Source of the DNA: Gemmatimonadaceae bacterium
GTDB lineage: Bacteria; Gemmatimonadota; Gemmatimonadetes; Gemmatimonadales; Gemmatimonadaceae
DNA: 28,618 bases
Direction of reading: 5' to 3'
Assembly: GCA_040902005.1 (NCBI GenBank)
Contig: JBBDYA010000068.1
Location: 1-28,618 of the forward strand
Position 1 is the first letter of the stretch; each line of letters starts with the position of its first letter. The translations under genes were made by a program, and so were the position numbers. This document shows positions 18,372-28,618 of the stretch, one piece after another. The notes beneath the pieces were generated by a model. That model did no database searches. It was not told where the DNA came from and worked only from the letters and a program-made list of their open reading frames with translations.

Positions 18372-19934
18372 ATGACCTCTCCCGCAGCGCCCGAGTCGCG
18401 TTCGCCCTCGCCGGCCCCCCCCCCCGGGTCGCGCCTGATGCGCGCGCTGGCGTTCATCGAGCGCGTCGGCAACGCGCTGCCGCATCCGGGAACGCTCTTC
18501 GCCGGGATGGCGCTGCTGGTGATCCTGCTCTCGTGGCTGCTGTCGCAGTTCGCGATTTCGGTGACCCATCCCGGAACGGGCGCCACGATCCAGCCGGTGA
18601 ACCTGCTGAGCGTGGCCGGGCTCCATCGGATCCTGACGCAGATGGTGAGCAACTTCACCAACTTTGCGCCGCTCGGCACCGTGCTGGTCTCGCTCCTCGG
18701 CATCGCGATCGCGGAGGCCAGCGGGTTGATCGGGACGAGTCTCCGTCTGCTGGTGCTGTCGGCGCCCAGGCAACTGCTGACATTCGTGGTGGTGTTCGCG
18801 GGCGTGCTCTCGAACACCGCCAGCGAGATCGGCTACGTGTTGCTCGTGCCGCTGGCCGCGGCGATCTTCCTCGCGGCGGGACGCCATCCGCTGGTGGGGT
18901 TGGCCGCCGCGTTCGCGGGTGTGTCGGGGGGCTATAGCGCCAACCTGCTGCTCGGCACCGTGGATCCACTGCTCGCCGGATTGTCGGAGGAAGCCGCGCG
19001 CATCGTGCAGCCGGACTACACGGTCAATCCGGCGGCGAACTATTACTTCATGTTCGTCTCCACGTTCGTGATCAGCGCCGCGGGCACGTGGGTCACGGAG
19101 CGCATCGTGGCGCCGCGCATGGGCAGCTACGCCGGCGCCGCGCCGGCGGACGCCGCGCTGGAGCTGCTCACGCGCGATGAGAAGCGCGGGCTGTGGGCCA
19201 CGCTCGCGTCCGTCCTGGTGATGACGCTACTGCTGCTCTGGGCAACAGTCCCCGACAGCGGGTTCTTGCGCGATCCGGAGACGCGGGGGCTCCTGCGCTC
19301 GCCGTTCATGTCGGGCATCGTGGCGCTCGTGTTCCTCGTGTTCGCGGTGGCCGGGCTCGCGTACGGGTTCGCTGCGCGCACGTTCCGGAACGACTCCGAC
19401 GTGATGCGCGGCATGGGCAAGAGCATGGAGACCATGGGGCTGTATCTCGTCATCGTGTTCTTCATGGCCCAGTTCGTGTCGTACTTCACGTGGACGAATA
19501 TCGGGCTGATCCTCGCCGTGCAGGGCGCGGACCTGCTCAAGTCGGCCGGACTCGGTCCAATTCCGCTGATGATCGGCTTCGTGCTGGTGTCCGCGACGAT
19601 CAACCTGTTCATGGGGAGCGCGTCGGCGAAGTGGGCCGTGATGGCGCCGGTGTTCGTGCCGATGTTCATGCTGCTGGGCTACACCCCCGAGTTCGCGCAG
19701 GCCGCCTATCGCATTGGCGACAGCACCACGAACATCATCTCGCCCATGATGACGTACTTCGCACTCATCGTGGCGTTCGTGGCGCGCTACGAGCCGAAGG
19801 CCGGCATGGGCACGGTGATCGCCACGATGCTGCCGTACTCGGTGGTGTTCCTGGTCGCCTGGGTGGCGCTCCTGGTGATCTGGATGCTCGCCGGTTGGCC
19901 AGTGGGTCCCGGCGCGGGACTCTACCTGCGCTGA
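18372..19934 (+). CDS. abgT: AbgT-family transporter (AbgT/YdaH/MtrF)
   Basis: [67 protein letters not shown]; start uncertain (18348 TTG, 18372 ATG or 18438 ATG). Confidence 0.9.
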   Translation: MTSPAAPESRSPSPAPPPGSRLMRALAFIERVGNALPHPGTLFAGMALLVILLSWLLSQFAISVTHPGTGATIQPVNLLSVAGLHRILTQMVSNFTNFAPLGTVLVSLLGIAIAEASGLIGTSLRLLVLSAPRQLLTFVVVFAGVLSNTASEIGYVLLVPLAAAIFLAAGRHPLVGLAAAFAGVSGGYSANLLLGTVDPLLAGLSEEAARIVQPDYTVNPAANYYFMFVSTFVISAAGTWVTERIVAPRMGSYAGAAPADAALELLTRDEKRGLWATLASVLVMTLLLLWATVPDSGFLRDPETRGLLRSPFMSGIVALVFLVFAVAGLAYGFAARTFRNDSDVMRGMGKSMETMGLYLVIVFFMAQFVSYFTWTNIGLILAVQGADLLKSAGLGPIPLMIGFVLVSATINLFMGSASAKWAVMAPVFVPMFMLLGYTPEFAQAAYRIGDSTTNIISPMMTYFALIVAFVARYEPKAGMGTVIATMLPYSVVFLVAWVALLVIWMLAGWPVGPGAGLYLR

Positions 19935-19957
19935 TCCGCATTCCCCGGACGCCGCGC

Positions 19958-20263
19958 ATGTCGCACACTTCCGATCACCTCGCCACAAGTCCCGTCAGTC
20001 GCCGGGCACGCGCCTTCGACCTGCTCAGCATGACGCTGGTCGTCACCGGCACGGCAGCATACCTCTGGGCGTTCGCGGGCATGCGGACACTGCGCGATGC
20101 GCCGCACGATCCTTCCGCTGCCATCTACGCTGGCTACGTCCGATATGTAAGGCTGACGCAACTGAGTTGGGTCGCGCTTGGCACCATCTGCATTGGCGTC
20201 GTCGTGGGCATCGGCGCCGCGCTCTACCACCGGCGCGGCCGCTCGATGCCGCCGAGTTCCTGA
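19958..20263 (+). CDS. Small hypothetical membrane protein (101 aa, two TM helices)
   Basis: ATG 23 nt after the abgT stop; two hydrophobic helices; fills the gap to the convergent hydrolase. Confidence 0.65.
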   Translation: MSHTSDHLATSPVSRRARAFDLLSMTLVVTGTAAYLWAFAGMRTLRDAPHDPSAAIYAGYVRYVRLTQLSWVALGTICIGVVVGIGAALYHRRGRSMPPSS

Positions 20264-20294
20264 CCACGGTTTACGCGATCTCTCCTTGTGGCGG

Positions 20295-21164
20295 CTACTC
20301 TCGAGAGGGCGCCGAGATGCGAGCCGCCAGCGAGCGCAGCGCCTCGAGCGCCACCGCGCGGTCACCGATCGCCCCGTCTCCGTGGTCGGCGTCGAGCGGT
20401 ACGAGCCGAGCGGCGGACGCCGCGGCCACCAGTGCCTCGCCATGCGCGAAGGGGATCTCGCGATCCTTTGTTCCGTGCAGCACGAGCCACGGCATCGTGA
20501 GGCGACGCGCCAGCCCCACATTGTCGAACCGGTTGCGCATGACCAGGCGCACCGGCGCCCATGGATACGACTCGGCGCCCACATCCGGCAGTGACGTGAA
20601 CGCGCCCTCCGTGACAAGCGCCGCGAGCGGCGCCTCCGCAGCCAGGCGCGTGGCGGGACCGGATCCCAGCGACCACCCGTACGCCACCACGCGCGACCGC
20701 TCCACGCCCAGCGAATCGGTGAGATACGCAAGCGCGGCGCGCGCGTCCTCGTAAATCCCGTCCTCGGACGCGGGGCCCGCGCCGACGGACGCCCCGTAGC
20801 CGCGGTACTCAACGGCCAGCACGTTGAAGCCTGCGTCGCGTAGCAGCTGGTAGCGCGCCACGTTGCCCCGCGAGCCCACCATGCCCGCGTTTCCGTGGAA
20901 GAAGATCGCCCACAAACGCGTCGGCGCGGCGTCCACGACGCTGCGCAGCAGGAACACCGGCACGCTGTCGGCCGCGCGAACGCGTAGCGTGTCCCACGGA
21001 ATGCCGGCGTCGTCCCCCGGAACGGTGCGCCCGCGCTTCCCTTCACCGGCGCTCGCGTACACCATCGAGTTCTCGCTGACGGCGAGCAGCCCGACGATCC
21101 CCGAATAGGCCAGGATGAAAAAACCGGCCAGGGCGGCCAGCAGGTTCCGATGCGCGCGTTTCAT
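20295..21164 (-). CDS. Membrane-anchored alpha/beta hydrolase (BEM46/ABHD13-like)
   Basis: N-terminal TM helix; FHGNAG, EYRGYG, GWSLG nucleophile elbow, HGTKD, DADH. Confidence 0.88.
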   Translation of the reverse strand: MKRAHRNLLAALAGFFILAYSGIVGLLAVSENSMVYASAGEGKRGRTVPGDDAGIPWDTLRVRAADSVPVFLLRSVVDAAPTRLWAIFFHGNAGMVGSRGNVARYQLLRDAGFNVLAVEYRGYGASVGAGPASEDGIYEDARAALAYLTDSLGVERSRVVAYGWSLGSGPATRLAAEAPLAALVTEGAFTSLPDVGAESYPWAPVRLVMRNRFDNVGLARRLTMPWLVLHGTKDREIPFAHGEALVAAASAARLVPLDADHGDGAIGDRAVALEALRSLAARISAPSRE

Positions 21165-21306
21165 CGCACGCGAAATCAACACGCGGGACCGCCCAGTCGC
21201 CATGCGAGCAGCCGGCGCTCCGCCTCGCCCAACGCCGGGGCGTTCTGTACGTTGTTCCTTATATGAGGCGTCGCCAGCTCAGCCCTTCCCTCTCCCGCGG
21301 CCGGTC

Positions 21307-22428
21307 GTGAGCCGGCGAGCGCTCGTGATCGGCGCCGGCGCGCTGACGGTCGTCCTGATCGGTTGGCTTGCACTGCACTACGGAACGCGCGAGGCGGCTG
21401 CCGGCGCGCCAGCGTCCGCGGTCGCCGAGCGGCGGGCCTTCGCGACGACCGTCGCCGCCATTGGCACCATCAAGCCGCAGATTGGCGCGGAGGTGCGCGT
21501 GGGCTCGCGGATCTCCGGCCGCGTGCGCCGCCTTGCCGCCAACGTCGGTGACGTGGTGCGCCGCGGGCAAGTCATCGCCCAGTTGGAGACGGAGGAACTC
21601 GACGCCCTGGTGGACGAGCGACGCGCGGACCTCGCGGTCGCCGAGGCCGCCATCGCTTCCTCGCAGGCCACCACGCAACTGGCCACCGCGGAACTGGCGC
21701 GACAGCAACAGCTGTCCCAGACCGGTGTGGCTACCCGCGCTGATGCGGAGTTCGCCCGCGAGCGTCACAGCGTGGCGGTTGCCCAGCAGGGGAGCGCCGT
21801 CGCCGCGCTCGCCCGCTCGCGCGCCGCGCTCCAGCAGGCGCTCGTGCAGCGCTCGTTCGCCACGCTCCACGCGCCCATCAGCGGCGTGGTCGCGTCCGTC
21901 GCCACGCAGGAAGGCGAGACCATCGCGGCCGGCCTGAACGCGCCGACCTTCCTCACGATCGTGGACCTCGGCCGGCTTCAGGTGGACACCTACGTGGACG
22001 AGGTGGATATCGGCAAGGTGCAGGTGGGCCAGCGCGTGGCGTTCACCGTGGACGCGTTTCCCGCGCGTGACTTCGCCGGTGTCGTCGCTGCGATCTACCC
22101 CACCGCTACCATCCAGGACAACGTGGTGAAGTACATCGCCGCGGTACGCATCGACAGCACCGGTGGTGTGCTCCGCCCCGAAATGACCGCCAACGTGCGT
22201 GTCTCGCTGGCCTCGCGTGACGTGCTGGCCGTGCCGGTGCGCGCGGTACGCCGCGTGGAGGGGCGCAGTGTCGTCTACGTCGGCGAGGACGGGCCCGGCA
22301 CCGAACGCGCCGTGCGCCTCGGCTGGCGCGACGGCACATGGGTGGAGATCATCGACGGACTCCGCCCGGGCGAACGCGTGCTGCTCGATCCGCCCGCCCC
22401 CGCCCCACCGTCCGGCGGAGCGCGGTGA
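21307..22428 (+). CDS. MacA-like periplasmic adaptor (membrane fusion protein)
   Basis: N-terminal TM anchor; VGSRISGRV, GDVVRRGQVIAQL, APISGVV, VDEVDIGKVQVGQ, LRPEMTA, GLRPGERV; start GTG is inferred. Confidence 0.88.
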   Translation: MSRRALVIGAGALTVVLIGWLALHYGTREAAAGAPASAVAERRAFATTVAAIGTIKPQIGAEVRVGSRISGRVRRLAANVGDVVRRGQVIAQLETEELDALVDERRADLAVAEAAIASSQATTQLATAELARQQQLSQTGVATRADAEFARERHSVAVAQQGSAVAALARSRAALQQALVQRSFATLHAPISGVVASVATQEGETIAAGLNAPTFLTIVDLGRLQVDTYVDEVDIGKVQVGQRVAFTVDAFPARDFAGVVAAIYPTATIQDNVVKYIAAVRIDSTGGVLRPEMTANVRVSLASRDVLAVPVRAVRRVEGRSVVYVGEDGPGTERAVRLGWRDGTWVEIIDGLRPGERVLLDPPAPAPPSGGAR

Positions 22429-23653
22429 GCCGCGCGGTCCGACTCACCCGCGACGTCGGCGCCTCGCTCCGCGCCAATCGGTCGCGGGCGATCCTCATGA
22501 TGGCGGGGGTCGCCATCGCCGTCGCCGTGCTGTCCACCGTCATCATGATCGGCCAGGGCACACGCGCGCGGATCCTCCAGACCGTACAGAAGCACGGCCT
22601 GGACATGATGATGGTGCGCGCCGGAGGCGACGTGCAGGTCTTTGCGCCGCGGGCGGACCGCGGGCTCGCCTCGCTCCTGGAAGAGGATGCGGCCGCCATC
22701 CGCGCCACCGTGCCCAACGTCGTGCTCGCGAGCGCGGTGCAGAACCAGCGCGGGATCAACGTGGTCGCGGAAGATCGCTCCGTCGTGACGCGCGCGTTCG
22801 GCGTGGAGTCCGACTGGATGGAGATCCGCCGGTGGGGAATGGCCGACGGCCAGTTCCTCAGCGCGGACGACCAGGCGGCGATGGCGCGCGTGGTGATGCT
22901 CGGCGCGGGCGTCGCGCGCCAGCTCTTTCCCCAGGGCGGCGCGGTGGGCAGCACCCTCCGCGTGAACGGCGATCCCTACGCGGTGAAGGGGGTGTTCATC
23001 GAGATGGGGGCGAGCGCGGGCGGAGACGACTGGGACGACCGTATCGTGGTTCCCTTCTCCACGTCGTCGCGCCGGCTCTTCGGACGTCCGTATCTGGAGC
23101 AGGTCGTGGTGCGCGTGCGCGACGCGGGACGGATGGACGAAACGGCTGACGCGGTACGCGCGCTCCTGCGCGTGCGGCACGGCATCGCCCAGGGCGCGCC
23201 CGACGACTTCTTCGTGCGCGAGCCGGAGGATGTGGAGGGTGCGGCGCTCCAGACCTCCACCACGCTCACGCTGCTGCTGGTGGGTATCGCGCTCGTGGCG
23301 CTGGCGGCCGGCGGCGTGGTGATCATGAATCTGATGCTGCTCGCCGTGGCGCAGCGAACGCACGAGATCGGCCTTCGTCGCGCGGTGGGCGCGCGCCGCG
23401 GTGACATCACCCTCCAGTTCGTGCTCGAATCCCTGTTCATCGCGCTTGGCGGCGGCATGCTCGGCGCGGCCACCGCCGCAGGGACCGCCGCGGCCATTGG
23501 CGCGTTCGATTTCGCCGCCGTGGAGGTCACCTGGCTCCCGTTCGCGGCGGCGCTCGCCGCATGCACCGCGCTCGGCCTGCTCTTCGGCATTCCGCCCGCG
23601 CGCCGTGCCGCCGCGCTCGACCCCGCCACCGCTCTCGGCGAGCGACGGCTCTG

Positions 23654-23654
<1 letters not shown>
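22425..23654 (+). CDS. MacB/FtsX-like ABC permease 1
   Basis: TM1, large periplasmic domain, 3 C-terminal TMs; IMNLMLLAVAQRTHEIGLRRAVGA, PARRAAALDP; GTGA overlap with the adaptor gene. Confidence 0.9.
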
Positions 23655-24345
<691 letters not shown>

Positions 24346-24349
<4 letters not shown>

Positions 24350-25596
24350 CCGCCCCCGCCCGCCCCCCCCATGCCCGGCGCCTCTGGCGCCAGGCGCGTC
24401 TCTCCGTGCGGCTGCTTGCCGCGCACCGGCTGCGCACGGTGCTCAGCGCCTCGGGGCTGGTGGCCGGGGTGGCCACGGTCATGGTGATGGTCGCGCTCGG
24501 ACGCGGTGCCGAGCGTCGCGTGGTGGATCGCGTGCGCGCGCTGGGTACGGACCTGCTGGTGGTGACCGCCGCCCCCGCGCCGCGCGTCGCCGGGCGCGTG
24601 CGTCAGGTGGCGACCACCACCCTGCTCCGCCCCACGGACGCGCAGGCGATTCTCGACCAGGTGCCTCGGGCGCGCGCGGCCGCTCCGGCGGTCCATCGCA
24701 CGCTGGTGGTACGCGCGGACGGCCGCAACACGACGGTCGCGGTCACCGGCACCACCCCCGATGGACTTCGCATTCGCGGCATCAGCGCCGCCAGGGGCCG
24801 CGTGCACGACGAGCACGAGGAGCGGGAGCGGCGCCGCGTTGCCGTGGTGGGACCGGTGCTCGCCGCCACGCTCTTCGGCGCGGACGATCCGATCGGGCGC
24901 GAGCTGCGCATCGGCACCACCCCCTTCGAGATCATCGGCGTCTCGCGGCCGCGCGGCGTGGACCCCGGCGGTGCAGACCTGGACAACGCGGTCGCCATCC
25001 CGCTGGAGACCGCGCTGCGCCGCGTGGTGAACGTGCCGTACGTGGACGCCCTGTACGTGCAGGGGCGCGGGACCGCGGAGCTCGAGGCGCTCGAGGGCGA
25101 TGTGCGGGTGATGCTTCGCGAGCGGCACCGTATTCGTGACGGTGCGCCGGAGGCGTTCACCGTGCAGAACCAGGCGGTGATCCTGCGGACGGAGCGCGCC
25201 GCCGCCCGCGCGCTCGATCGGCTGACGGTGGGAGTGGCGGCCCTGGCCGTGGTCGTGGGCGGGATCGGCATTTTCGCGGTGATGCTCATCTCCGTGCGCG
25301 AGCGCACGCGCGAGATCGGGCTGCGTCGCGCGCTGGGCGCTCGCCGGAGCGACATCCGTGCGCAGTTCGTGACCGAGGCCTCCCTGCTCGCGGTGGCGGG
25401 CGGCGCCGGAGGCGTGGCGGTGGGCGTGCTGGTCACGCTGCTCGGCGCCGCACTCGCGTCGTGGACACTGGTGATTCCCTGGAGCGCTGCCGCCGCCAGC
25501 GTCGCGGCGTCCGCACTGCTGGGGATCGCGGTAGGCACCGTCCCGGCCGCCCGCGCCGCCCGGCTCGAGCCGATCGAGGCATTACGCGCCGGCTGA
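24346..25596 (+). CDS. MacB/FtsX-like ABC permease 2
   Basis: RLRTVLS, GGIGIFAVMLISVRERTREIGLRRALGA, QFVTEA, PAARAARLEPIEALR; GTGA overlap. Confidence 0.9.
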
Positions 25597-25668
25597 CGAT
25601 AAGGACTGGCGCATTTCGCTGTGAGGGTAGAGGTTGAGTCCGTCATACCCACCCTCCCGAGGCCCCAT

Positions 25669-26211
25669 ATGACCAGCAGGATCGTGCACGGCGTACTTCT
25701 TCTCGCAGTCCTGTCGGCCTGCGGCGGTGACGATACCCCTCAGTCCCTTTCGCAGGCCGGCGATTCAGCCGCCACCACGCCACCACTTGTTTCCGCTCCG
25801 CCGCCCGCCGCGACCGGCGCACCGGCGACCACGACGCCGCCTGCACCACGGGGAGGCGGGCAGCCGGCAGTGCCGGCCATGGACGCCGCCGCCGCCTCCG
25901 AGCTGGCGTCGGCCCGTCACGTGTTCACGGTGCAGGTCGGGTCGTTCCAGAACGACGCCACGGCGCAATCGCTGCGCGCGCGCCTGGAGCGGGATGGCGT
26001 CCCCGCCTGGACGGCACCGGGTCGCCTGTACGAGGAGGACTACACACGGGTACGCGTCGGTGCCGCGGTGAGCGCCGGGGAAGCACGGGCGGTGGCCGAT
26101 AAGGTCCGGAGCAAATACCGCTGGCCCGTCTGGATCGCGGTTGTCGATGACAAGTCCACCGTGACGGTCGAAATGCTCAATGCCACGCGGAGCTACGCCG
26201 GCGGCATGTGA
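25669..26211 (+). CDS. SPOR-domain lipoprotein
   Basis: Lipobox LSAC after a hydrophobic stretch; Pro/Ala/Thr linker; FTVQVGSF...RVRVG SPOR signature; GAGG upstream of ATG 25669. Confidence 0.82.
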   Translation: MTSRIVHGVLLLAVLSACGGDDTPQSLSQAGDSAATTPPLVSAPPPAATGAPATTTPPAPRGGGQPAVPAMDAAAASELASARHVFTVQVGSFQNDATAQSLRARLERDGVPAWTAPGRLYEEDYTRVRVGAAVSAGEARAVADKVRSKYRWPVWIAVVDDKSTVTVEMLNATRSYAGGM

Positions 26212-26870
26212 CGGGGCGCGGACGCGTGCGGTCATTCTCCTCCGAACGCACGCTGCGCCGGGCAGCGATCGGGTCCATGGCTCTGCTGGCCGTCGCCGCC
26301 ACGGCCTTCCATGTGGCACAGAACACCGCGCAGCCGGTGGGCGGCAGCATCTCGGTGCCCAAGATGCTCTGGCTCGCCGGCGCGGTGCTCCTCTGGGTGG
26401 TGCTGCCGCTGCTGTTGATGGCGGATCCCCGTCTCGGGCCGGCGCTGCGCCGGCCCTTCGCCGTGCTCGCGGCCCTGATGCTCGCCCGCGCCGTCGTCGA
26501 GGGCTGGATGCTGTACGTCTCGCGGAACTGGTCGCCGTGGTACGGCATCGCGCACGACACCCTCTGTGCCGTGGTGCTGGTGGCCTTCGCAGCGGCGTCG
26601 CCACCGGGGGGGGGGGGGGACCCGCACGCCCCCCACCCCCCCGTGCATCTCTGGATGACCGCGGCGTTTTTCGCGCCGGAGATCTACTTCGCCTGGTACA
26701 TGCAGGCGCACTTCGTCACGCACGGCGCGGGCGCCGTGTATTTCGTGCCGGACGATGTCGCGTATGCGGATGTGCTCCGGGTGACGACCATTGCGGTCGT
26801 ATGCCTGGCGCTCTACCTCGGGATATTCCTCTGGCGGTGGATGCCGGCGAAAGGCGAACAGCGGAGGTGA
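26208..26870 (+). CDS. Hypothetical integral membrane protein (about 6 TM)
   Basis: GTGA overlap with the SPOR gene stop; multiple hydrophobic helices. Confidence 0.75.
   Translation: MTGRGRVRSFSSERTLRRAAIGSMALLAVAATAFHVAQNTAQPVGGSISVPKMLWLAGAVLLWVVLPLLLMADPRLGPALRRPFAVLAALMLARAVVEGWMLYVSRNWSPWYGIAHDTLCAVVLVAFAAASPPGGGGDPHAPHPPVHLWMTAAFFAPEIYFAWYMQAHFVTHGAGAVYFVPDDVAYADVLRVTTIAVVCLALYLGIFLWRWMPAKGEQRR
26606..26619. repeat. G14 homopolymer inside a CDS
   Basis: 14 consecutive G, followed by C6-A-C7 at 26629-26642. Confidence 0.9.
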
Positions 26871-26876
26871 CTCCGA

Positions 26877-26910
26877 ACTGCGAACAGCGGTTACGTCCGC
26901 TGTTCGCAGT
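26877..26910. terminator. Perfect 14-bp hairpin between convergent genes (terminator- or REP-like)
   Basis: ACTGCGAACAGCGG-ttacgt-CCGCTGTTCGCAGT; no clear U-tract. Confidence 0.6.
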
Positions 26911-26924
26911 GCAGTGTCAGCAGT

Positions 26925-27401
26925 TCAGAGAGTGACAATCCCGAACGTGTGTCCGGTCGCCGCCAGAAAACGCACGATTGCATCATGGCTCAGCACCAGC
27001 GTCGCGTCGTTCCGCAGCGGGTGCGCATGGAGGCACGGCGCCGCCCACACCTCCGCGTCGATGAACAGCTCCACCGCGTGCGCGGCATCGTTCACCAGAC
27101 CAAGGATGGTGACGGCGCCTGGCTCCACGCCCAGGTGCGTCTTGAGACGCGCGGGCGACGCGAAGCTCAGCCGGTCGGCACCCGCCGTTTCCGCGAACGC
27201 GGCAATGCGCACGGTTTTGGCGCACGTGGTCACCAGCAGCAGGTGGCGTCGCCCGCGCCGGTCCCGGAGAAACAGGTTCTTCGTGCGCGCCGCGTCCGAG
27301 CCGGGCACGTTCGCCGCTTCCTCCTCGCAGGTGAACACCGGCGGATGCTCGTGGCGCACATACTCGATGCCGTGCGTCGTCAGGAAGGTCGTGAGGTCCA
27401 T
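26925..27401 (-). CDS. YbaK/ProX-family aminoacyl-tRNA deacylase (ProXp-ala/PrdX-like)
   Basis: HEHPPVFT, TKNLFLRD, LSFAS, LGVEPGAVT, HPLRNDAT. Confidence 0.88.
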   Translation of the reverse strand: MDLTTFLTTHGIEYVRHEHPPVFTCEEEAANVPGSDAARTKNLFLRDRRGRRHLLLVTTCAKTVRIAAFAETAGADRLSFASPARLKTHLGVEPGAVTILGLVNDAAHAVELFIDAEVWAAPCLHAHPLRNDATLVLSHDAIVRFLAATGHTFGIVTL

Positions 27402-27407
27402 GGCTGC

Positions 27408-27413
27408 ATGATA
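27408..27413 (-). promoter_or_regulatory. -10 hexamer TATCAT, 6 nt before the ATG (leaderless-type)
   Basis: Minus strand reads TATCAT-gcagcc-ATG, no SD. Confidence 0.6.
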
Positions 27414-27469
27414 ACTTCAACTCGCCGGCTGCACCGTGCCTACTCACCCGCCAGACAAGGCCATCCCCA

Positions 27470-28387
27470 ATGACTCCCGCTTCCCGCCCCCGCCCCACGC
27501 GCGTCGCACTCTCGCTGGCCACGCTCCTCCTGATCGCGCTCGCCGCGCCCCTGGCGTCCCAGCAGCGCCTCACGCTCAAGGTGTACATCTCCTCCGACAT
27601 GGAGGGGATTGCCGGACTCGTGTCGGGAGCGCAGGTGTCCGCCGGCCAGCGTGACTACGAGATCGGCCGTCGCCTGATGATCGCCGAAACCAACGCCGCG
27701 ATCGCCGGCGCGTTCGAGGCGGGCGCTACGGAGGTGCTGGTCAACGACTCCCACGGGTCACAGACGAACCTGCTCGCGGAGGAGCTCGACCGCCGCGCGT
27801 CGCTCATCACCGGATCGCCCAAGCCGCTCGGCATGATGCAGGGGATCGACTCCACGTTCCATGCCGTGGTGTTCATCGGCTATCACGCGCAGGCCTCCAC
27901 CGTCAACGCCGTGCTGGGTCACACCTACAGCGGCGCGCTCAAGCGCGTGACGCTCAACGGACGTGAGGTGGGCGAGTACGGGCTCAACGCCGCCATCGCC
28001 GGCCACCACGGCGTGCCGGTGGTGTTCATCGCCGGAGATCGCGCGGTGGCGGATCAGGCGCGCGCGCTGATTCCCGGTGTGGAGGCACTGGCGGTGAAGG
28101 ACGGCATTGGCCAGACCGCGGCGCGCACGCTGCACCCGGCCGACGCGCGCGAGCGCATCACGGTCGGCGTGCGATCCGCGCTCGCCCGCCGATCGCAGAT
28201 CCGCCCACTGCAGCTGGGCCGCCCCGTGGTCATCGAGGTGGAGGTGTCGAACGTGGAGTACGCCGACGCCGCCATGCTGGTGCCCGGCATGCGTCGCGTG
28301 TCCGGACGGGTGGTCAGCTACGAGGCGCCCAACATGGCCGTGGCGTATACCGTGTCGCGCCTGATCATGACGCTCGCTCGTCCGTAA
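27470..28387 (+). CDS. M55-family D-aminopeptidase (DppA-like) with an N-terminal signal peptide
   Basis: YISSDMEG, VNDSHG, GMMQG, FIGYHA, GHT, GEYG, GD, AVK; hydrophobic leader ending PLAS-QQ. Confidence 0.9.
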   Translation: MTPASRPRPTRVALSLATLLLIALAAPLASQQRLTLKVYISSDMEGIAGLVSGAQVSAGQRDYEIGRRLMIAETNAAIAGAFEAGATEVLVNDSHGSQTNLLAEELDRRASLITGSPKPLGMMQGIDSTFHAVVFIGYHAQASTVNAVLGHTYSGALKRVTLNGREVGEYGLNAAIAGHHGVPVVFIAGDRAVADQARALIPGVEALAVKDGIGQTAARTLHPADARERITVGVRSALARRSQIRPLQLGRPVVIEVEVSNVEYADAAMLVPGMRRVSGRVVSYEAPNMAVAYTVSRLIMTLARP

Positions 28388-28412
28388 GCCCGACGGCCGG
28401 GCCAGCGTATCG

Positions 28413-28618
28413 TCAGTTCGTGGCCGTCGCCGCCTTCTTCGCGTGCTTCGTGAACCACTCGCGCAGGTACAGTTGCGTGCGCGCGAAGTTGGACGGCTTC
28501 GAGCCCGTGCCGTGCCACTCCTCGTTGAAGCGGATCATCGCCGTCGGCACCTTCAGCACCTTGAGTGCCTCGTAGAACTCCTCCGTCTGCGAGATCGGCG
28601 TGCGCAGGTCGTTCACGC
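28413..28618 (-). CDS. C-terminal fragment of an S9-family serine peptidase (gene starts beyond the window)
   Basis: NDLRTPISQ (catalytic Asp), FYEALK, RFNEEWHG (catalytic His), ..WF ending. Confidence 0.85.
   Translation of the reverse strand, partial: VNDLRTPISQTEEFYEALKVLKVPTAMIRFNEEWHGTGSKPSNFARTQLYLREWFTKHAKKAATATN

Overview
High-GC bacterial chromosomal window. The lineage is possibly Gemmatimonadota, inferred only from the style of the small hypothetical proteins, the lipoproteins and the Asp-box protein. No rRNA, tRNA, CRISPR or mobile element was seen. Left part (513-8302, minus strand): a compact six-gene operon for reductive pyrimidine catabolism, in the order mmsA-like dehydrogenase, PreA/PYD1-like dihydropyrimidine dehydrogenase, AGXT2/PYD4-like aminotransferase, dihydropyrimidinase, NCS1 permease, nitrilase-type beta-ureidopropionase. 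The dehydrogenase has no C-terminal ferredoxin domain and the operon has no preT partner, which is the architecture of plant PYD1; this is the most interesting system here. The rest holds a divergent PAS/GAF hybrid kinase, a secreted Asp-box beta-propeller protein, a PEP carboxylase with an apparent internal deletion, a lipoprotein, an AbgT transporter, an alpha/beta hydrolase, a two-permease MacAB-type ABC system, a SPOR lipoprotein coupled to a poly-G-containing membrane gene, a YbaK/ProX deacylase, a signal-peptide-bearing M55 peptidase and the 3' end of an S9 peptidase. Three unrelated genes share an identical TATCAT-N6-start arrangement, suggesting leaderless transcription. All family calls come from motif recognition by eye; no database search was run.
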